Source: Eledone cirrhosa (taxonomy: Eukaryota). Taken from it: a stretch of DNA of 64,000 nt. Position 1 is the stretch's first letter; the number at the start of each line of letters is the position of its first letter. Below, piece after piece: positions 63,737-64,000 of the stretch. The stretch covers positions 45,074,001 to 45,138,000 of the forward strand of contig OZ024747.1 in assembly GCA_964016885.1 (NCBI GenBank), read 5' to 3'. The notes beneath the pieces are model-generated. The model saw nothing but the letters and a program-made list of their open reading frames with translations. It was not told the DNA's origin and did no database searches. Both the position numbers and the translations under genes were made by a program.

Positions 63737-63885
63737 TATAATATAGAGCAGTTTTATAAATAAATATTGACATACCCTTAAAGAATGCGACCATTACTGT
63801 TGGAAGCTCCCGGATATATATATATATATAAATATATATATATGGACAAGTATATGTATATACATATGGGTACATGTATTTATGT

Positions 63886-63936
<51 letters not shown>

Positions 63937-64000
63937 ATCATATATGTGCTCATATATATATATAACCATATATATTGTTGGGTATAGAAGGATCAATGTC

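Overview
AT-rich, microsatellite-dense animal genomic DNA. The repeat content (RTE LINEs with (GAT)n tails, tRNA-headed SINEs, long (TA)n/(CA)n runs) suggests a cephalopod such as an octopus; this is inference. I can support no host protein-coding gene. The window is a transposon graveyard. It holds two RTE LINE subfamilies, including two 5'-truncated but uninterrupted RT frames with a C4HC3 PHD-type finger after the RT core, and an RTE-X-like LINE with a twin-priming-type inversion. It also holds a decayed Penelope-like element (PLE; RT plus GIY-YIG), a deleted mariner, a Chapaev3-like relic, a non-autonomous Helitron, piggyBac-like MITEs and three SINE families. The most notable signal, read by eye, is about a dozen minimal type I hammerhead ribozyme (HHR) motifs from at least six unrelated sequence families. 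One lies directly downstream of the PLE GIY-YIG domain. Most others sit in non-coding, head-to-head fold-back repeats with 100-480 bp arms that look like non-autonomous PLE pseudo-LTR or retrozyme-like insertions. Coordinates were counted by hand, and repeat edges are approximate to about 10-20 nt.
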